A DNA stretch of 64,000 bases from Candidatus Yanofskybacteria bacterium CG10_big_fil_rev_8_21_14_0_10_36_16 (GTDB taxonomy: Bacteria; Patescibacteriota; Minisyncoccia; 2-02-FULL-40-12; IGHO2-01-FULL-4-A): the NCBI GenBank assembly GCA_002794035.1, contig PCXQ01000003.1:19451-83450 (forward strand). Direction: 5' to 3'. The notes beneath the pieces were generated by a model. It was not told the DNA's origin. It did no database searches and saw nothing but the letters and a program-made list of their open reading frames with translations. This document shows, in pieces, positions 9,080-18,628 of the stretch. Within the stretch, counting starts at the first letter, position 1. Each line of letters begins with the position of its first letter. A program made the position numbers and the translations under genes.

Positions 9080-10627
9080 TTGGGAAAGCCTTTGAGGATG
9101 GTTTTTTTGGCTTTCAATCTCAATAATTTAAAATTGAATACAAAGTTCAGTAAAAAGAACAAAATAAACATCTGGCAACCAGGTAATACTTTTAAATTTG
9201 TCACTCAACGACTTAACGAAAATCTCGATAAAGATTTGCAATTTAGTCATGTACCAAGATTTATCTTAACCGTCATGGCGGGGATTCCGATAATATTCTT
9301 TGGTCGTATAATAGGTAATATTGCAAAATCAATAATAAGAAAGAAAAGAGAAAAAGTGGATCCTTTAGGGGAGTTAATTCGTTGGTTAGAAAGAGATATT
9401 AAGAGAAAATATTGGATTGCTTGTACCGATTGTGCCGATGAATTTATTGACCATGCTCTAGTTACTTCAGGATTATTCTTGAACGCATTAATTAGACACA
9501 AAGGCAATGTTAACCTTTTGGGGGAGCAATGGTTTAATAAGTTCAATATGTTTATTAAGAGGATCGACGATAGGATACATGACTTCTTGATTCTTGAAAG
9601 ACTAGAGATAGAGGAGCTAATATTAAATCCTTCTCGAAGGACAGTTCCTTCAATTGTTCTTTCTCAAGCGACCGATGAATTCGTGCAGAGAGCCGGTAGG
9701 GCGTACCTTAGGACTGTTAAAACAGTTTTGAGGCATGCTCTATCGGCTTTTCTTTTTGTTGCAGGAGGAATTGTTTACGCAATAGAGGAAACTGTTTTAA
9801 TGGTAGTTGATGCTGGAGAATTTGTCCTATCTATTTTAGGTGAAGGTTTTGTGTATTCTACTTCTTTTGTATACAAAGGAATAGTAAAAATACTTGATTT
9901 TATTAACGATCTCGGACATAAGTCTGCTCAAAAGACTGATATTATAGCAACAAATATTGTTTATCACGCCAGAGAATTTGCAAAGTTTGAGATGGAGGTG
10001 TTTAAAGATGCAAGTTTTGCTGTGGCTAAATTTGTTCAAGACTCAATACCGCCCGGTTTTTCCAATCAGACCCGAGATTCTTATAAAATACTGGCTAAAT
10101 ACGATTCTTTGAGTGCCGGATACGACTCTTATATATTAAATGAAATCAAAGCTAATGTTTTTAAATTTAAACAATCTTGGCAGAAAAAAAATAAAGAACT
10201 TTATATAACCAAGGTTTTGTGGCTTACGCGTCCGTCTCCTGTTACCGTAAAACCCTTATATCCTCCTATTAATAATAAAGAAATTGAAAATAAAAATATT
10301 ACTGAACAAATCCCAGAGGATATAAACTGGCTGAGTTCATGTGAATTTATTAAAGATAATAAAAATTATATTGCTATTTCTGTTTTAGCAAATGAATTTG
10401 AGTATGAAACCGACTATTTGGGCTATTTAGCAAGGAAAGATAAGGTAGAAGGCTTTAAAATTAACAAGAAGTGGTACGCTAATAGGGATTCAGTTTCTAA
10501 TTATAAGGAGATTATTCAAAAGAAAAAAACTGCGGATGCATTAGCGAGAGTAGAGACAGCAAGGAATGATGTTAGATTTAAGAAATATGTTTGGATTGAT
10601 AATCTTTTTGCTTCATTAACTAATTAA
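9080..10627 (+). CDS. hypothetical large protein (515 aa), membrane-associated, no recognisable domain
   Basis: Long ORF with 2 hydrophobic segments; start codon uncertain; ends in terminator. Confidence 0.5.
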   Translation: MGKPLRMVFLAFNLNNLKLNTKFSKKNKINIWQPGNTFKFVTQRLNENLDKDLQFSHVPRFILTVMAGIPIIFFGRIIGNIAKSIIRKKREKVDPLGELIRWLERDIKRKYWIACTDCADEFIDHALVTSGLFLNALIRHKGNVNLLGEQWFNKFNMFIKRIDDRIHDFLILERLEIEELILNPSRRTVPSIVLSQATDEFVQRAGRAYLRTVKTVLRHALSAFLFVAGGIVYAIEETVLMVVDAGEFVLSILGEGFVYSTSFVYKGIVKILDFINDLGHKSAQKTDIIATNIVYHAREFAKFEMEVFKDASFAVAKFVQDSIPPGFSNQTRDSYKILAKYDSLSAGYDSYILNEIKANVFKFKQSWQKKNKELYITKVLWLTRPSPVTVKPLYPPINNKEIENKNITEQIPEDINWLSSCEFIKDNKNYIAISVLANEFEYETDYLGYLARKDKVEGFKINKKWYANRDSVSNYKEIIQKKKTADALARVETARNDVRFKKYVWIDNLFASLTN

Positions 10628-10644
10628 TACAAAGTTAAATTAAT

Positions 10645-10677
10645 AAAAAACCCGCTTTTTTTGCGGGGTTTTTATTT
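10645..10677. terminator. bidirectional intrinsic terminator (aaacccgc-ttttttt-gcggggttt)
   Basis: GC stem flanked by A-run/T-run between convergent genes. Confidence 0.75.
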
Positions 10678-11238
10678 GGGTAAACCTTCAAATCTTTGAA
10701 GGGCTTGTTTTACAATTAGTTTTAATTTTTCTTTTTCAGCAGGAGTGAATTTGGAAAGCACGAATTCCCCAACTGAATCTATTTTGCCTCGCCCTGGTTT
10801 TCTTTCTTGGCGAGCCTTTTTGAGTTTTGTATTGGCTAGTCCAATCCTTAGGCGCCAAAACTTATTTGTTTTCAAAGCTTGAATTATTGATTCAACACCT
10901 TTGTGTCCGCCGGAATTGCGAGAGAACGACATTTTGAATTTACCAAAATCTATATCTAAATCATCCTGTACTACTATAATATCTTCAGGTTTAATCTTGT
11001 TTTTTAATTTTAGTTTTTTAACTGCATCTCCTGATTTATTAACAAAGGTATGGGGCTTTGCCAAAAGAGAAGGTTTGTTTGCTATTTTGCATCTGGTTAT
11101 TTCAGAGTTAAAGCTTTTATCAAACTCAAATTCACATTTTTCTGATTTAGCAATTTTATCTAAAACCAAAAAACCGACATTGTGACGAGTGTCTTCGTAT
11201 TTTTCACCTGGGTTTCCAATGCCAACTATTAATCGCAT
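10672..11238 (-). CDS. pth: peptidyl-tRNA hydrolase
   Basis: MRLIVGIGNPGEKYEDTRHNVGF N-terminus; ORF track extends to 11442 but Pth start is the internal Met at 11238. Confidence 0.85.
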   Translation of the reverse strand: MRLIVGIGNPGEKYEDTRHNVGFLVLDKIAKSEKCEFEFDKSFNSEITRCKIANKPSLLAKPHTFVNKSGDAVKKLKLKNKIKPEDIIVVQDDLDIDFGKFKMSFSRNSGGHKGVESIIQALKTNKFWRLRIGLANTKLKKARQERKPGRGKIDSVGEFVLSKFTPAEKEKLKLIVKQALQRFEGLPK

Positions 11239-11299
11239 ATTTATATGAAATTTTAGCTCATAGAATATACAAATTCTATCTTGCGTAGCTTGATTATTT

Positions 11300-11938
11300 A
11301 TGATATTATCAATCTTAATGGAGGAAGAAAATAAAGAGTTAAAAGAATTGGATGAATATCCAGAGCAAATAAAATCCCGCCGAAAGGAGGCGGTTGCTTT
11401 TATTTGGGAAACAATTAAAATAGCCATAATATCGCTTGCCATAATAATCCCTGTCCGATATTATCTAATACAACCTTTTATTGTCAGGGGGGCTTCAATG
11501 GAGGAGACTTTCCACGAAGGCGACTACATTTTGATAGATGAAATAAGTTATAGATTTAATGAACCCAAGAGAGGAGAAGTTGTTGTATTCAGATTGGCTG
11601 GAGGCAATTCTAAATTTTTTATAAAAAGAATAATAGGACTACCCGGAGAAACTGTTGAAATATCAGGAGGCAAGATTACAATTTTTAATGAAGAAAATCC
11701 CAGCGGATTTGTTATAGATGAACAGGATTATTTAGAAGCAGGCGAGCATACAGTGGGCAATGTTAGAACTGAGCTTGAGTATGACGAGTATTTTGTTCTT
11801 GGCGACAACAGGGCTCAAAGTTCTGATTCAAGAAGTTGGGGGCCTGTTCACGAAGATCTAATTACGGGTAGAGTTGTTTTTAGAGCATACCCATTTGATG
11901 TATTGGGCAGAGTAAAGCCGATAGAGTATCAATTTTAA
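11300..11938 (+). CDS. lepB: signal peptidase I
   Basis: N-terminal TM, catalytic GASMEET (Ser) and KRIIGLPGE (Lys) boxes, VLGDNRAQSSDSRSWG box E. Confidence 0.85.
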   Translation: MILSILMEEENKELKELDEYPEQIKSRRKEAVAFIWETIKIAIISLAIIIPVRYYLIQPFIVRGASMEETFHEGDYILIDEISYRFNEPKRGEVVVFRLAGGNSKFFIKRIIGLPGETVEISGGKITIFNEENPSGFVIDEQDYLEAGEHTVGNVRTELEYDEYFVLGDNRAQSSDSRSWGPVHEDLITGRVVFRAYPFDVLGRVKPIEYQF

Positions 11939-12044
11939 AAACATTCGTTATTATTAATTTTAGTTAAGAATTCCCGACGCTTTGCATCGAGGATCCTCAA
12001 TAATTTAGAAGAGGATCTCGAAAGATTGTCGAGATTTCGAAGAG

Positions 12045-13496
12045 ATGCCAAAGATAAAACCAAAAAAAATACAGGCTCCTAAAGGGATGAAGGACATACT
12101 GCCAGAAGAGCGGTATTTTTGGAATCATGTATTTAAGAAATCGACACCTGTAATAGAAGATTATGGTTTTAGGGAGATAGTTCTCCCAGTTGTTGAAAAG
12201 ACTGATCTTTTTATAAGATCAGTTGGTAAAAACACAGATATTGTGGAAAAAGAAATGTATAGCTTTAAAACAAGGGGTGGCGATATGCTAAGTTTGAGAC
12301 CAGAATTTACTGCTGGCACCTTGAGGGCTTACATAGAAAATGGAATGCATGTTAAGCCACACCCAGTTCGTTTATGGTCAAGCGGGCCATTGTTCAGACA
12401 TGATAATCCTCAATATGGAAGACAGAGGCAGTTCCACCAGTTAAATGTTGAATCAATTGGAGATGAAGATGCTGTAGTAGATGCAGAAATGATATTTATG
12501 GCATATAGAGTTTTGCAGGCCATAGGTCTTAAGGGTATGATAGTAAAGATTAATAGTATAGGTGATGACAGTTGTCGTCCTCAGTATATTAAAACCCTTA
12601 AAGATTTTTACAGGAATAAAACCAAGAAAATATGCGTTAAGTGTAGAAATCGTCTAAAGTCAAACCCCCTTAGGGTTCTTGATTGCATGGAAGATACCTG
12701 CAAAGAAGTGGCAAAAGAAGCCCCCACGATTGTTGATTCTCTTGATAGCACCTGCAAGAAGCACTTTACCAGTGTGCTGGAATTTTTAGATGAAACTGGG
12801 GTGCCTTATTTATTAGACCCGCATTTAGTAAGAGGTCTTGATTACTACACGAGAACTGTTTTTGAGTTTGTTCCAGAGGGAGCGGGAGAAGCAGAGGAAG
12901 TAGGGGAAGTAGTAATCAAAGATGATTCGTCTGAGATAAAAGATGATTTAAAAACTGAAGAAAATATAGATGAAAATGAAAATAAAGACGGCCAAGAAGA
13001 TAATAACAACAACGATGATAATAAAAATAAGAAGAATAACAAGCCATCTGTTCCTAATTTGGCTGTAATATCTGGAGGACGTTATGATAAGCTGATAGAA
13101 TATCTTGGAGGACCAAAGACTCCAGCAATTGGCTGGGCAATGGGAATTGAGAGAGTGGTTTTGCTTATGAAAGCAATGGGCGTTAATGTTAGCAAACCAA
13201 GATCAAATGCCAAAGTTTTCCTAGCACAATTAAGCGAGGCAGGTAGAAGAAAAGGGCTTATATTATTTGATGAATTGAGGAAATCATCAATTGCTGTAAA
13301 AAGTTCATTTGGCAGAGATAGTATAAAGTCTCAGCTTAGGATTGCTGCTAAAATGGAAATTCCGTATACTTTAATAGTAGGACAAAAAGAAGCACTTGAG
13401 GGAACAGTAATATTAAGAGAAATGAATACCGGTATTCAGGAAACAATACCTACGGAAAAGATAATAAGAGTGCTTAAGAAAAAGATAAAAAAATAA
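12045..13496 (+). CDS. hisS: histidine--tRNA ligase with low-complexity insertion
   Basis: Class II aaRS motifs (RPEFTAGTLRAY, GGRYD), anticodon-binding C-terminus; 60-aa D/E/N/K-rich insert. Confidence 0.9.
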   Translation: MPKIKPKKIQAPKGMKDILPEERYFWNHVFKKSTPVIEDYGFREIVLPVVEKTDLFIRSVGKNTDIVEKEMYSFKTRGGDMLSLRPEFTAGTLRAYIENGMHVKPHPVRLWSSGPLFRHDNPQYGRQRQFHQLNVESIGDEDAVVDAEMIFMAYRVLQAIGLKGMIVKINSIGDDSCRPQYIKTLKDFYRNKTKKICVKCRNRLKSNPLRVLDCMEDTCKEVAKEAPTIVDSLDSTCKKHFTSVLEFLDETGVPYLLDPHLVRGLDYYTRTVFEFVPEGAGEAEEVGEVVIKDDSSEIKDDLKTEENIDENENKDGQEDNNNNDDNKNKKNNKPSVPNLAVISGGRYDKLIEYLGGPKTPAIGWAMGIERVVLLMKAMGVNVSKPRSNAKVFLAQLSEAGRRKGLILFDELRKSSIAVKSSFGRDSIKSQLRIAAKMEIPYTLIVGQKEALEGTVILREMNTGIQETIPTEKIIRVLKKKIKK

Positions 13497-13500
13497 TTTT

Positions 13501-13851
13501 ATGAGCGATATTTTTTGTAAAATTATATCCGGAGAAGTTAATGCCGAGAAGATTGATGAAGGTGAGAATTGGATAGCAATTCACGATATTCATCCGGTAG
13601 CACCAGTTCATGCTTTGATTATTCCAAAAAAACACGGACCCCTTAGAGATTATGAGAATGAGGAAGATGGCAAGCTTATGGGCAGGCTTATATTAGCTGC
13701 GAACAGAGTTGCAACTAAACTCGGTCTTGACAAGGACGGATATCGTTTGATAATTAATTATGGAGAGGACAGTCAAGCTCATGTGCTTGATCATCTGCAT
13801 ATTCATTTGCTGGGGGGTAAAAAACTCGGCAGTAAAATTATTCAAAATTAG
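13501..13851 (+). CDS. HIT-family (histidine triad) nucleotide hydrolase
   Basis: HLHIHLLGG histidine triad motif; 116 aa. Confidence 0.85.
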   Translation: MSDIFCKIISGEVNAEKIDEGENWIAIHDIHPVAPVHALIIPKKHGPLRDYENEEDGKLMGRLILAANRVATKLGLDKDGYRLIINYGEDSQAHVLDHLHIHLLGGKKLGSKIIQN

Positions 13852-13908
13852 TAATTTAAACTAAAAATTAATAATCAAATATCAAATTAATTTTTATCAT
13901 TTATTTTT

Positions 13909-14172
13909 ATGGATGTTAAACGAAGACAAAATGAAAGTACGGGAGCAATGCTCCGAAGGTTTAGTCGGTTAACAAAGCAAACCGATTATTTAAAGAACGC
14001 TAAAGAAAAACAATATAGCAAAAGAAATGAGAATGAGCGTAAGGAAAAAAACAGAGCTATTATGAGGGAGCATTTAAGAGGTCTTCGCGAAAGACTTAAA
14101 AAATTTGGTGAGTATAGCGAGGATAAGTTCAGAGAAGAAAAGAAAAAACTAAAACAGCATCTGGATATATAA
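13909..14172 (+). CDS. rpsU: 30S ribosomal protein S21 (with C-terminal extension)
   Basis: NESTGAMLRRFSRLTKQTDYL...KQYSKRNENERKEK matches S21 core (NES..ALRRFKR...EFYEKPS.KRK); followed by yqeY as in Firmicutes. Confidence 0.7.
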   Translation: MDVKRRQNESTGAMLRRFSRLTKQTDYLKNAKEKQYSKRNENERKEKNRAIMREHLRGLRERLKKFGEYSEDKFREEKKKLKQHLDI

Positions 14173-14175
14173 TAT

Positions 14176-14673
14176 TTGGGTATGGCATTAAAAGAACAAA
14201 TAAAAAAAGAATTAAATGAATCATTGAAAACTGGTGACCAGGCAAAGCGCCTGGTTTTAAGCACTTTAATGAGTGCTGTTAAAAACAAGGAAGTTGAGAA
14301 AAGAACCAAAATAAGCAAGGAAGTTAGCGACACTACTGAACTTGAAAAACAAAGCCAGCTTACAGATGAGGAAATGATTCAAACAATTGCCAGTGAAATT
14401 AAAAAGCGAAAAGAGTCAGTTGAACTATTCAAGCAGGGAAACAGAGAGGAATTGGCTCAAAAAGAACAGGCTGAAATGGAAATTTTACAGGCATATATGC
14501 CCGAACAGCTAAGTGAAGACAAAGTTCGCGAAGAAGTTAAAAGCGCGATTGATTCAGTTGGTGCTTCGGGTCCGCAGGATATGGGCAAGGTCATAGGTCA
14601 AGTAATGGGTAAGTTTAAGGGACAGGTAGATGGAGGTTTGGTTAGTAAGATAGCAAAAGAATTACTTAGTTAG
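14176..14673 (+). CDS. yqeY: GatB/YqeY domain protein
   Basis: LKEQIKKELNESLKTGDQAKRLVLSTL...EEVKSAIDSVGASGPQDMGKVIGQVMGKFKGQVDG typical YqeY. Confidence 0.8.
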   Translation: MGMALKEQIKKELNESLKTGDQAKRLVLSTLMSAVKNKEVEKRTKISKEVSDTTELEKQSQLTDEEMIQTIASEIKKRKESVELFKQGNREELAQKEQAEMEILQAYMPEQLSEDKVREEVKSAIDSVGASGPQDMGKVIGQVMGKFKGQVDGGLVSKIAKELLS

Positions 14674-14839
14674 AAAGGTTTAATAAAAATTGTGATGTAA
14701 ATACCCCAGTTTTGGGTGTATTTTTTTAGATAAGTTTATTTGTAAACAATACGTAATTTATGATAATTTAAATTTTACCCATGCTTTTAATTGTGAATGG
14801 CATAAAAACTATTTTACAATCTTTAAGCAAATAAAAAAT

Positions 14840-15391
14840 TTGATAGATTTAGTCTTAAATACTCAGACGGATGATAAAAAATATGATAGGAAATTTTTTT
14901 ATGGCTTGTTAGAGACTGCTGTTCATGAGGTAATTCCTTTTGTAGATAAAATCAGTGTCTCTATAAATTTAGTAGGTACAAGCAGAATAAAGGATTTAAA
15001 TAAAAAATATCGTGGCAAAAACAAGATTACAGATGTTCTGTCATTCCCAATACATTCCGCTAAAGATTTTAGAAATTCGGACTCATTTAACGGGATAAGA
15101 AAAGAGGTGGATATTGGTAAAGAAAAACATGCTATAATGGATTTGGGTGATATTTTTATATGTCTGCCTGTCATTAAAAAAGAAGCGAAGCGGGAACATC
15201 TTTCAAAAGGTGGTTTTTTAAACAACCCAGCCAAAGACGAGAAAGCGGTTGAAGAAATATTAAGGCATAAATTAGCACAAATGACGGTGCACGGTTTTTT
15301 GCATTTGTTGGGATATGACCATCATTCACCCGAGGAAGAGAATGAAATGTTTGGGTTGCAGGATAAAATAATAAACAATATAGTTCTCTAG
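14840..15391 (+). CDS. ybeY: rRNA maturation endoribonuclease YbeY
   Basis: HGFLHLLGYDH zinc-binding motif; 183 aa. Confidence 0.85.
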   Translation: MIDLVLNTQTDDKKYDRKFFYGLLETAVHEVIPFVDKISVSINLVGTSRIKDLNKKYRGKNKITDVLSFPIHSAKDFRNSDSFNGIRKEVDIGKEKHAIMDLGDIFICLPVIKKEAKREHLSKGGFLNNPAKDEKAVEEILRHKLAQMTVHGFLHLLGYDHHSPEEENEMFGLQDKIINNIVL

Positions 15392-15449
15392 TTTTTGGCT
15401 ATTTGAATCTCGGAGCTATTTACTAAGAACTATAATTTGTAAATCATTT

Positions 15450-16679
15450 TTGCGTCGTAATATTGTTTGTGGAATTGATGTCGGTAACTCTGCCGTAAAG
15501 ACAATCATAGCGGAACTAAACCGTGATAATTTGCGTCCTCATATATTAGGCGTTGGAAGTGTTGAGTCTACCGGCTTGAGAAGGGGAACTGTTGTGGACA
15601 TGGAGGAAGAGGTCAAGAATATCGGAGCTTCTCTTGAGCGTGCTCAATCAATGGCCGGAGTTAAGGTTAGCCAGGCCTATGTATCTTTGAACGGTCTTCA
15701 TATTAGAACTCAGGAATCACGAGGTGTCGTTGCTGTTGCTAGAGCTGATTCTGAGATTATGCAAAGCGATGTTGATAGAGTTGTTGATGCCGCGTCAGTT
15801 ATAAGTTTGCCCCAAAACAGAGAGGTTATACATGTTATACCTAGAAATTTTATAATAGACGGCCAAGAGCATGTTAAAAACCCTGTTGGTATGAAGGGTG
15901 TTCGCCTTGAAGCCGATGTGATGATAATAGATGGCCTGTCCACATATATAAGAAATTTGGCTAAATGCATAAACGCAAATGATATTGAGGTTTTAGAATT
16001 TGTGTATTCTCCTCTTGCTTTAGCTAGGTCAGCTTTAAACAAACATCAGAGAGAGCATGGCGTATTAAGCTTAGATTTGGGAGGTGGCTTTTCAACAATG
16101 TCTATATTTCATGAGGGAGAGATTGTGTACACAGGTGTTATTCCTATAGGTTCAAGGCATATTACCAATGATCTTGCTATCGCGCTAAGATCCCCAATGG
16201 ATATTGCTGAAGAGATTAAAAAGGACAGCGGTTTTATATCTGATAGTGTTATTCCAAAGAAAGATACAATTGATCTTTCAGACATAATGCAAGAAGAGGG
16301 CTTCATTGTTCCCAAGAAGCATATTGCTGAAGTTATAAATGCGCGTACGGCAGAAATTTTTGAAAAAGTAGATAAAGAACTAAAAAATTCAGGACACAAT
16401 TTATTGCCTGCAGGATTGGTTTTGTCTGGCGGGGGCGCTAATCTTCATGGTCTTTCAGATTATGCCAAACACAAAATGAAGTTGGCTGTTCGGGTGGGCG
16501 GGGACTATTTCTTGGAAGGTATAAGTGATAAGGTGACAGACCCTTCTTTTGCAGTAGCAGTAGGGCTTATCGTATGGGGCATGGAAAAAGAAGCCAGAGG
16601 GGGGAGTTATAAAGGGAAGTTTTCAATAGGCGGTCCATTGAAAAAGTTTGGAGATTGGTTAAAAAACTTCGCCCCGTAG
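15450..16679 (+). CDS. ftsA: cell division protein FtsA
   Basis: Actin-like ATPase fold motifs (GIDVGNSAVK, LDLGGGFSTMSIF, LVLSGGGANL); TTG start. Confidence 0.85.
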   Translation: MRRNIVCGIDVGNSAVKTIIAELNRDNLRPHILGVGSVESTGLRRGTVVDMEEEVKNIGASLERAQSMAGVKVSQAYVSLNGLHIRTQESRGVVAVARADSEIMQSDVDRVVDAASVISLPQNREVIHVIPRNFIIDGQEHVKNPVGMKGVRLEADVMIIDGLSTYIRNLAKCINANDIEVLEFVYSPLALARSALNKHQREHGVLSLDLGGGFSTMSIFHEGEIVYTGVIPIGSRHITNDLAIALRSPMDIAEEIKKDSGFISDSVIPKKDTIDLSDIMQEEGFIVPKKHIAEVINARTAEIFEKVDKELKNSGHNLLPAGLVLSGGGANLHGLSDYAKHKMKLAVRVGGDYFLEGISDKVTDPSFAVAVGLIVWGMEKEARGGSYKGKFSIGGPLKKFGDWLKNFAP

Positions 16680-16779
16680 TAGAAATTCCTAGTACCATTA
16701 GAAGGTTTTATTGAAAATTATAATTACGATTGGAATTAGATAAACTCAATTATTATTAATGTTGAGTTGTTATTCTATG

Positions 16780-16935
16780 GCCAGAAAATCTATCAGAATT
16801 TTCACTGCAGGGTTCGCACCCTAGTTGGTCGGGCATATTTTTCAGTACCTTTAGCTAAGTTAGGCGTGTATTGGTGCTGTATCAACAAGTTGTCCACAGG
16901 TAATGCACCAAACTGTTTGCAAGGTGCATTTTTTC
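16780..16935 (+). ncRNA. candidate small structured RNA or ftsA-ftsZ intergenic element, ending in intrinsic terminator
   Basis: GC-elevated ~150 nt in AT-rich context, local hairpins, terminator atgcacc..ggtgcat+tttttt at 16903-16935; overlapping 60-aa ORFs on both strands look spurious. Confidence 0.3.
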
Positions 16936-17026
16936 GTGATAAACCATAGAAAACCAAAAGCTTAAAATGCAAAGCGTAAAACAATAATATTTATTTTTCG
17001 CTTTCCTACTTTAGCTTCTCGCTTTT

Positions 17027-18250
17027 GTGGCTCAAGTAAAACCGCCATTTGAAACCTTTGCAAGGATTAAAATATTCGGCATAGGTGGAGGTGGAAACAA
17101 AGCAATACAAAGAATGATGGACTCCAAGATTCATGGAGTCGATTTTGTTGCAGTTAATTTGGATGCTCAGGATTTGAATGTCGCTAATACGCCAACCAAA
17201 ATTTTGATCGGAAAGAACTTAACAAGAGGTCTTGGTGCAGGCATGAACCCTGCAGTAGGAAGAGAGGCTGCTGAGCAAAGCCGTGATGAGTTGCATGAAG
17301 TTATAAAAGGATCCGATATGATTTTTGTTGCATGTGGTTTGGGAGGCGGTACAGGAACGGGAGCTTCTCCTATTGTTGCTGAAATTGCACGGGATGCAGG
17401 AGCGTTGACTGTAGGAATTGTGACTAAGCCTTTTTCATTTGAAGGTGCTGCCAGGGCAAGAATAGCTGAAGAAGGCTGGAAACAGCTTCGTGACAAGGTA
17501 GACGCTTTGATTACTATTTCCAATGATCGCTTGTTTTCAATAATAGACAGAAAAACACCATTGCTAGAGGCATTTACAAAGGTTGATGACGTGTTAAGGC
17601 AGGGTGTTCAGGGAATATCAGATTTAATTACCATTCCCGGATTGATAAATGTTGACTTTGCTGATGTTAGAACGATTATGTCTGCATCGGGATCTGCTTT
17701 GATGGGTATTGGAAGAGCAACAGGTGAAGACAGGGCAATCGAAGCTGCTAAAATGGCTATTAATTCTCCATTGCTTGAAATCTCAATTGAGGGTGCCAGA
17801 GGATTGTTGTTTAATGTTGCGGGAGGACCCGATTTGGCCATGGCAGAAATAAATGAAGCAGCTAAAATTATAACTGAAAGTACTGATCCAGATGCTAGAA
17901 TAATATTTGGTGCGGTTCAGGACGATAGTCTTAAAAAGGGTGAAATTAAAATTACTGTTATTGCAACAGGTTTTAATAATGGAGAGCCAAAGATTGCCAG
18001 GCCCATTCAAAGACCTATGCAGCCTTATATGCCAATAGAGCCTTCAGGAAATGGCGTGCCTGTGGCTGTCAATAGGTCATACAATGAAGAACCTCCAAAA
18101 CAACAACCACAAACACTGTCTTCATCCGATGGTTTTTCAAGCAATGATCAAAGAGAGCCCAAGAAAGAAATAATAGATGAATCTCTAGAAAAAGATGACG
18201 ATGAGTTTGATATCCCAGCATTTATACGTAAAAAAATGGGAAGCAGGTAA
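17027..18250 (+). CDS. ftsZ: cell division GTPase FtsZ
   Basis: GGGTGTGASPIVAEIA tubulin signature; GTG start; acidic C-terminal tail. Confidence 0.9.
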   Translation: MAQVKPPFETFARIKIFGIGGGGNKAIQRMMDSKIHGVDFVAVNLDAQDLNVANTPTKILIGKNLTRGLGAGMNPAVGREAAEQSRDELHEVIKGSDMIFVACGLGGGTGTGASPIVAEIARDAGALTVGIVTKPFSFEGAARARIAEEGWKQLRDKVDALITISNDRLFSIIDRKTPLLEAFTKVDDVLRQGVQGISDLITIPGLINVDFADVRTIMSASGSALMGIGRATGEDRAIEAAKMAINSPLLEISIEGARGLLFNVAGGPDLAMAEINEAAKIITESTDPDARIIFGAVQDDSLKKGEIKITVIATGFNNGEPKIARPIQRPMQPYMPIEPSGNGVPVAVNRSYNEEPPKQQPQTLSSSDGFSSNDQREPKKEIIDESLEKDDDEFDIPAFIRKKMGSR

Positions 18251-18294
18251 TAAAATGAAGGCAAAAACCGTCATTTTAGTATTATGTATTGTCT

Positions 18295-18320
18295 AAAAAA
18301 CCGGGTTAAGCCCGGTTTTT
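18295..18320 (+). terminator. intrinsic terminator after ftsZ (aaccgggtt-aag-cccggttttt)
   Basis: GC stem + T-run. Confidence 0.75.
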
Positions 18321-18339
18321 AAGGAAAATAAAATAAGTA

Positions 18340-18520
18340 TCTAATAATGTACGACATGGCCATTGTGGGGAGGTAGTTTTGTGGATAAGTCATTAGAGGT
18401 ATTGTTTTTGGTGGCTTTGATTAAGGATGGATATGAATTAGAATTAAGGCAATGAAACTTATCAGTGAAACTGACTAAATCTGATAAGGTGTGCACTCGC
18501 TTTTTGGCGAGTGCTTTGTT
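18340..18520 (+). promoter_or_regulatory. structured 5' leader or small RNA upstream of nrdJ, ending in terminator-like hairpin (gcactcgc-tttttg-gcgagtgc + tttgtt)
   Basis: Nested hairpins (cttatcag..ctgataag) then 8-bp GC stem with T-rich tail 18493-18520, ~110 nt before nrdJ ATG; second terminator within 200 nt of ftsZ terminator. Confidence 0.3.
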
Positions 18521-18628
18521 CCCAATAGAAATAAAAATATAAACTGATTAAAAATTAAATATCAAAATTTATAAATATTGCTTTATTATTTTTTAATTTT
18601 TAATATTTAATTTTTAATTTAAAAACAT

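Noticed and set aside
11239-11442. N-terminal extension of the pth ORF (256 aa in ORF track)
   Set aside because: The Pth family starts at MRLIVGIGNPG. The extension overlaps the divergent lepB promoter and gene start.
16767-16984. Overlapping 60-aa ORFs on both strands between ftsA and ftsZ
   Set aside because: Mutually overlapping, no SD, located in a GC-rich structured segment; treated as non-coding.
18352-18376. Cobalamin riboswitch upstream of nrdJ
   Set aside because: Only a B12-box-like fragment (GCCATTGTGGGGAGG) is present. The remaining conserved aptamer elements are not recognisable, and B12 riboswitches typically regulate B12-independent isozymes.
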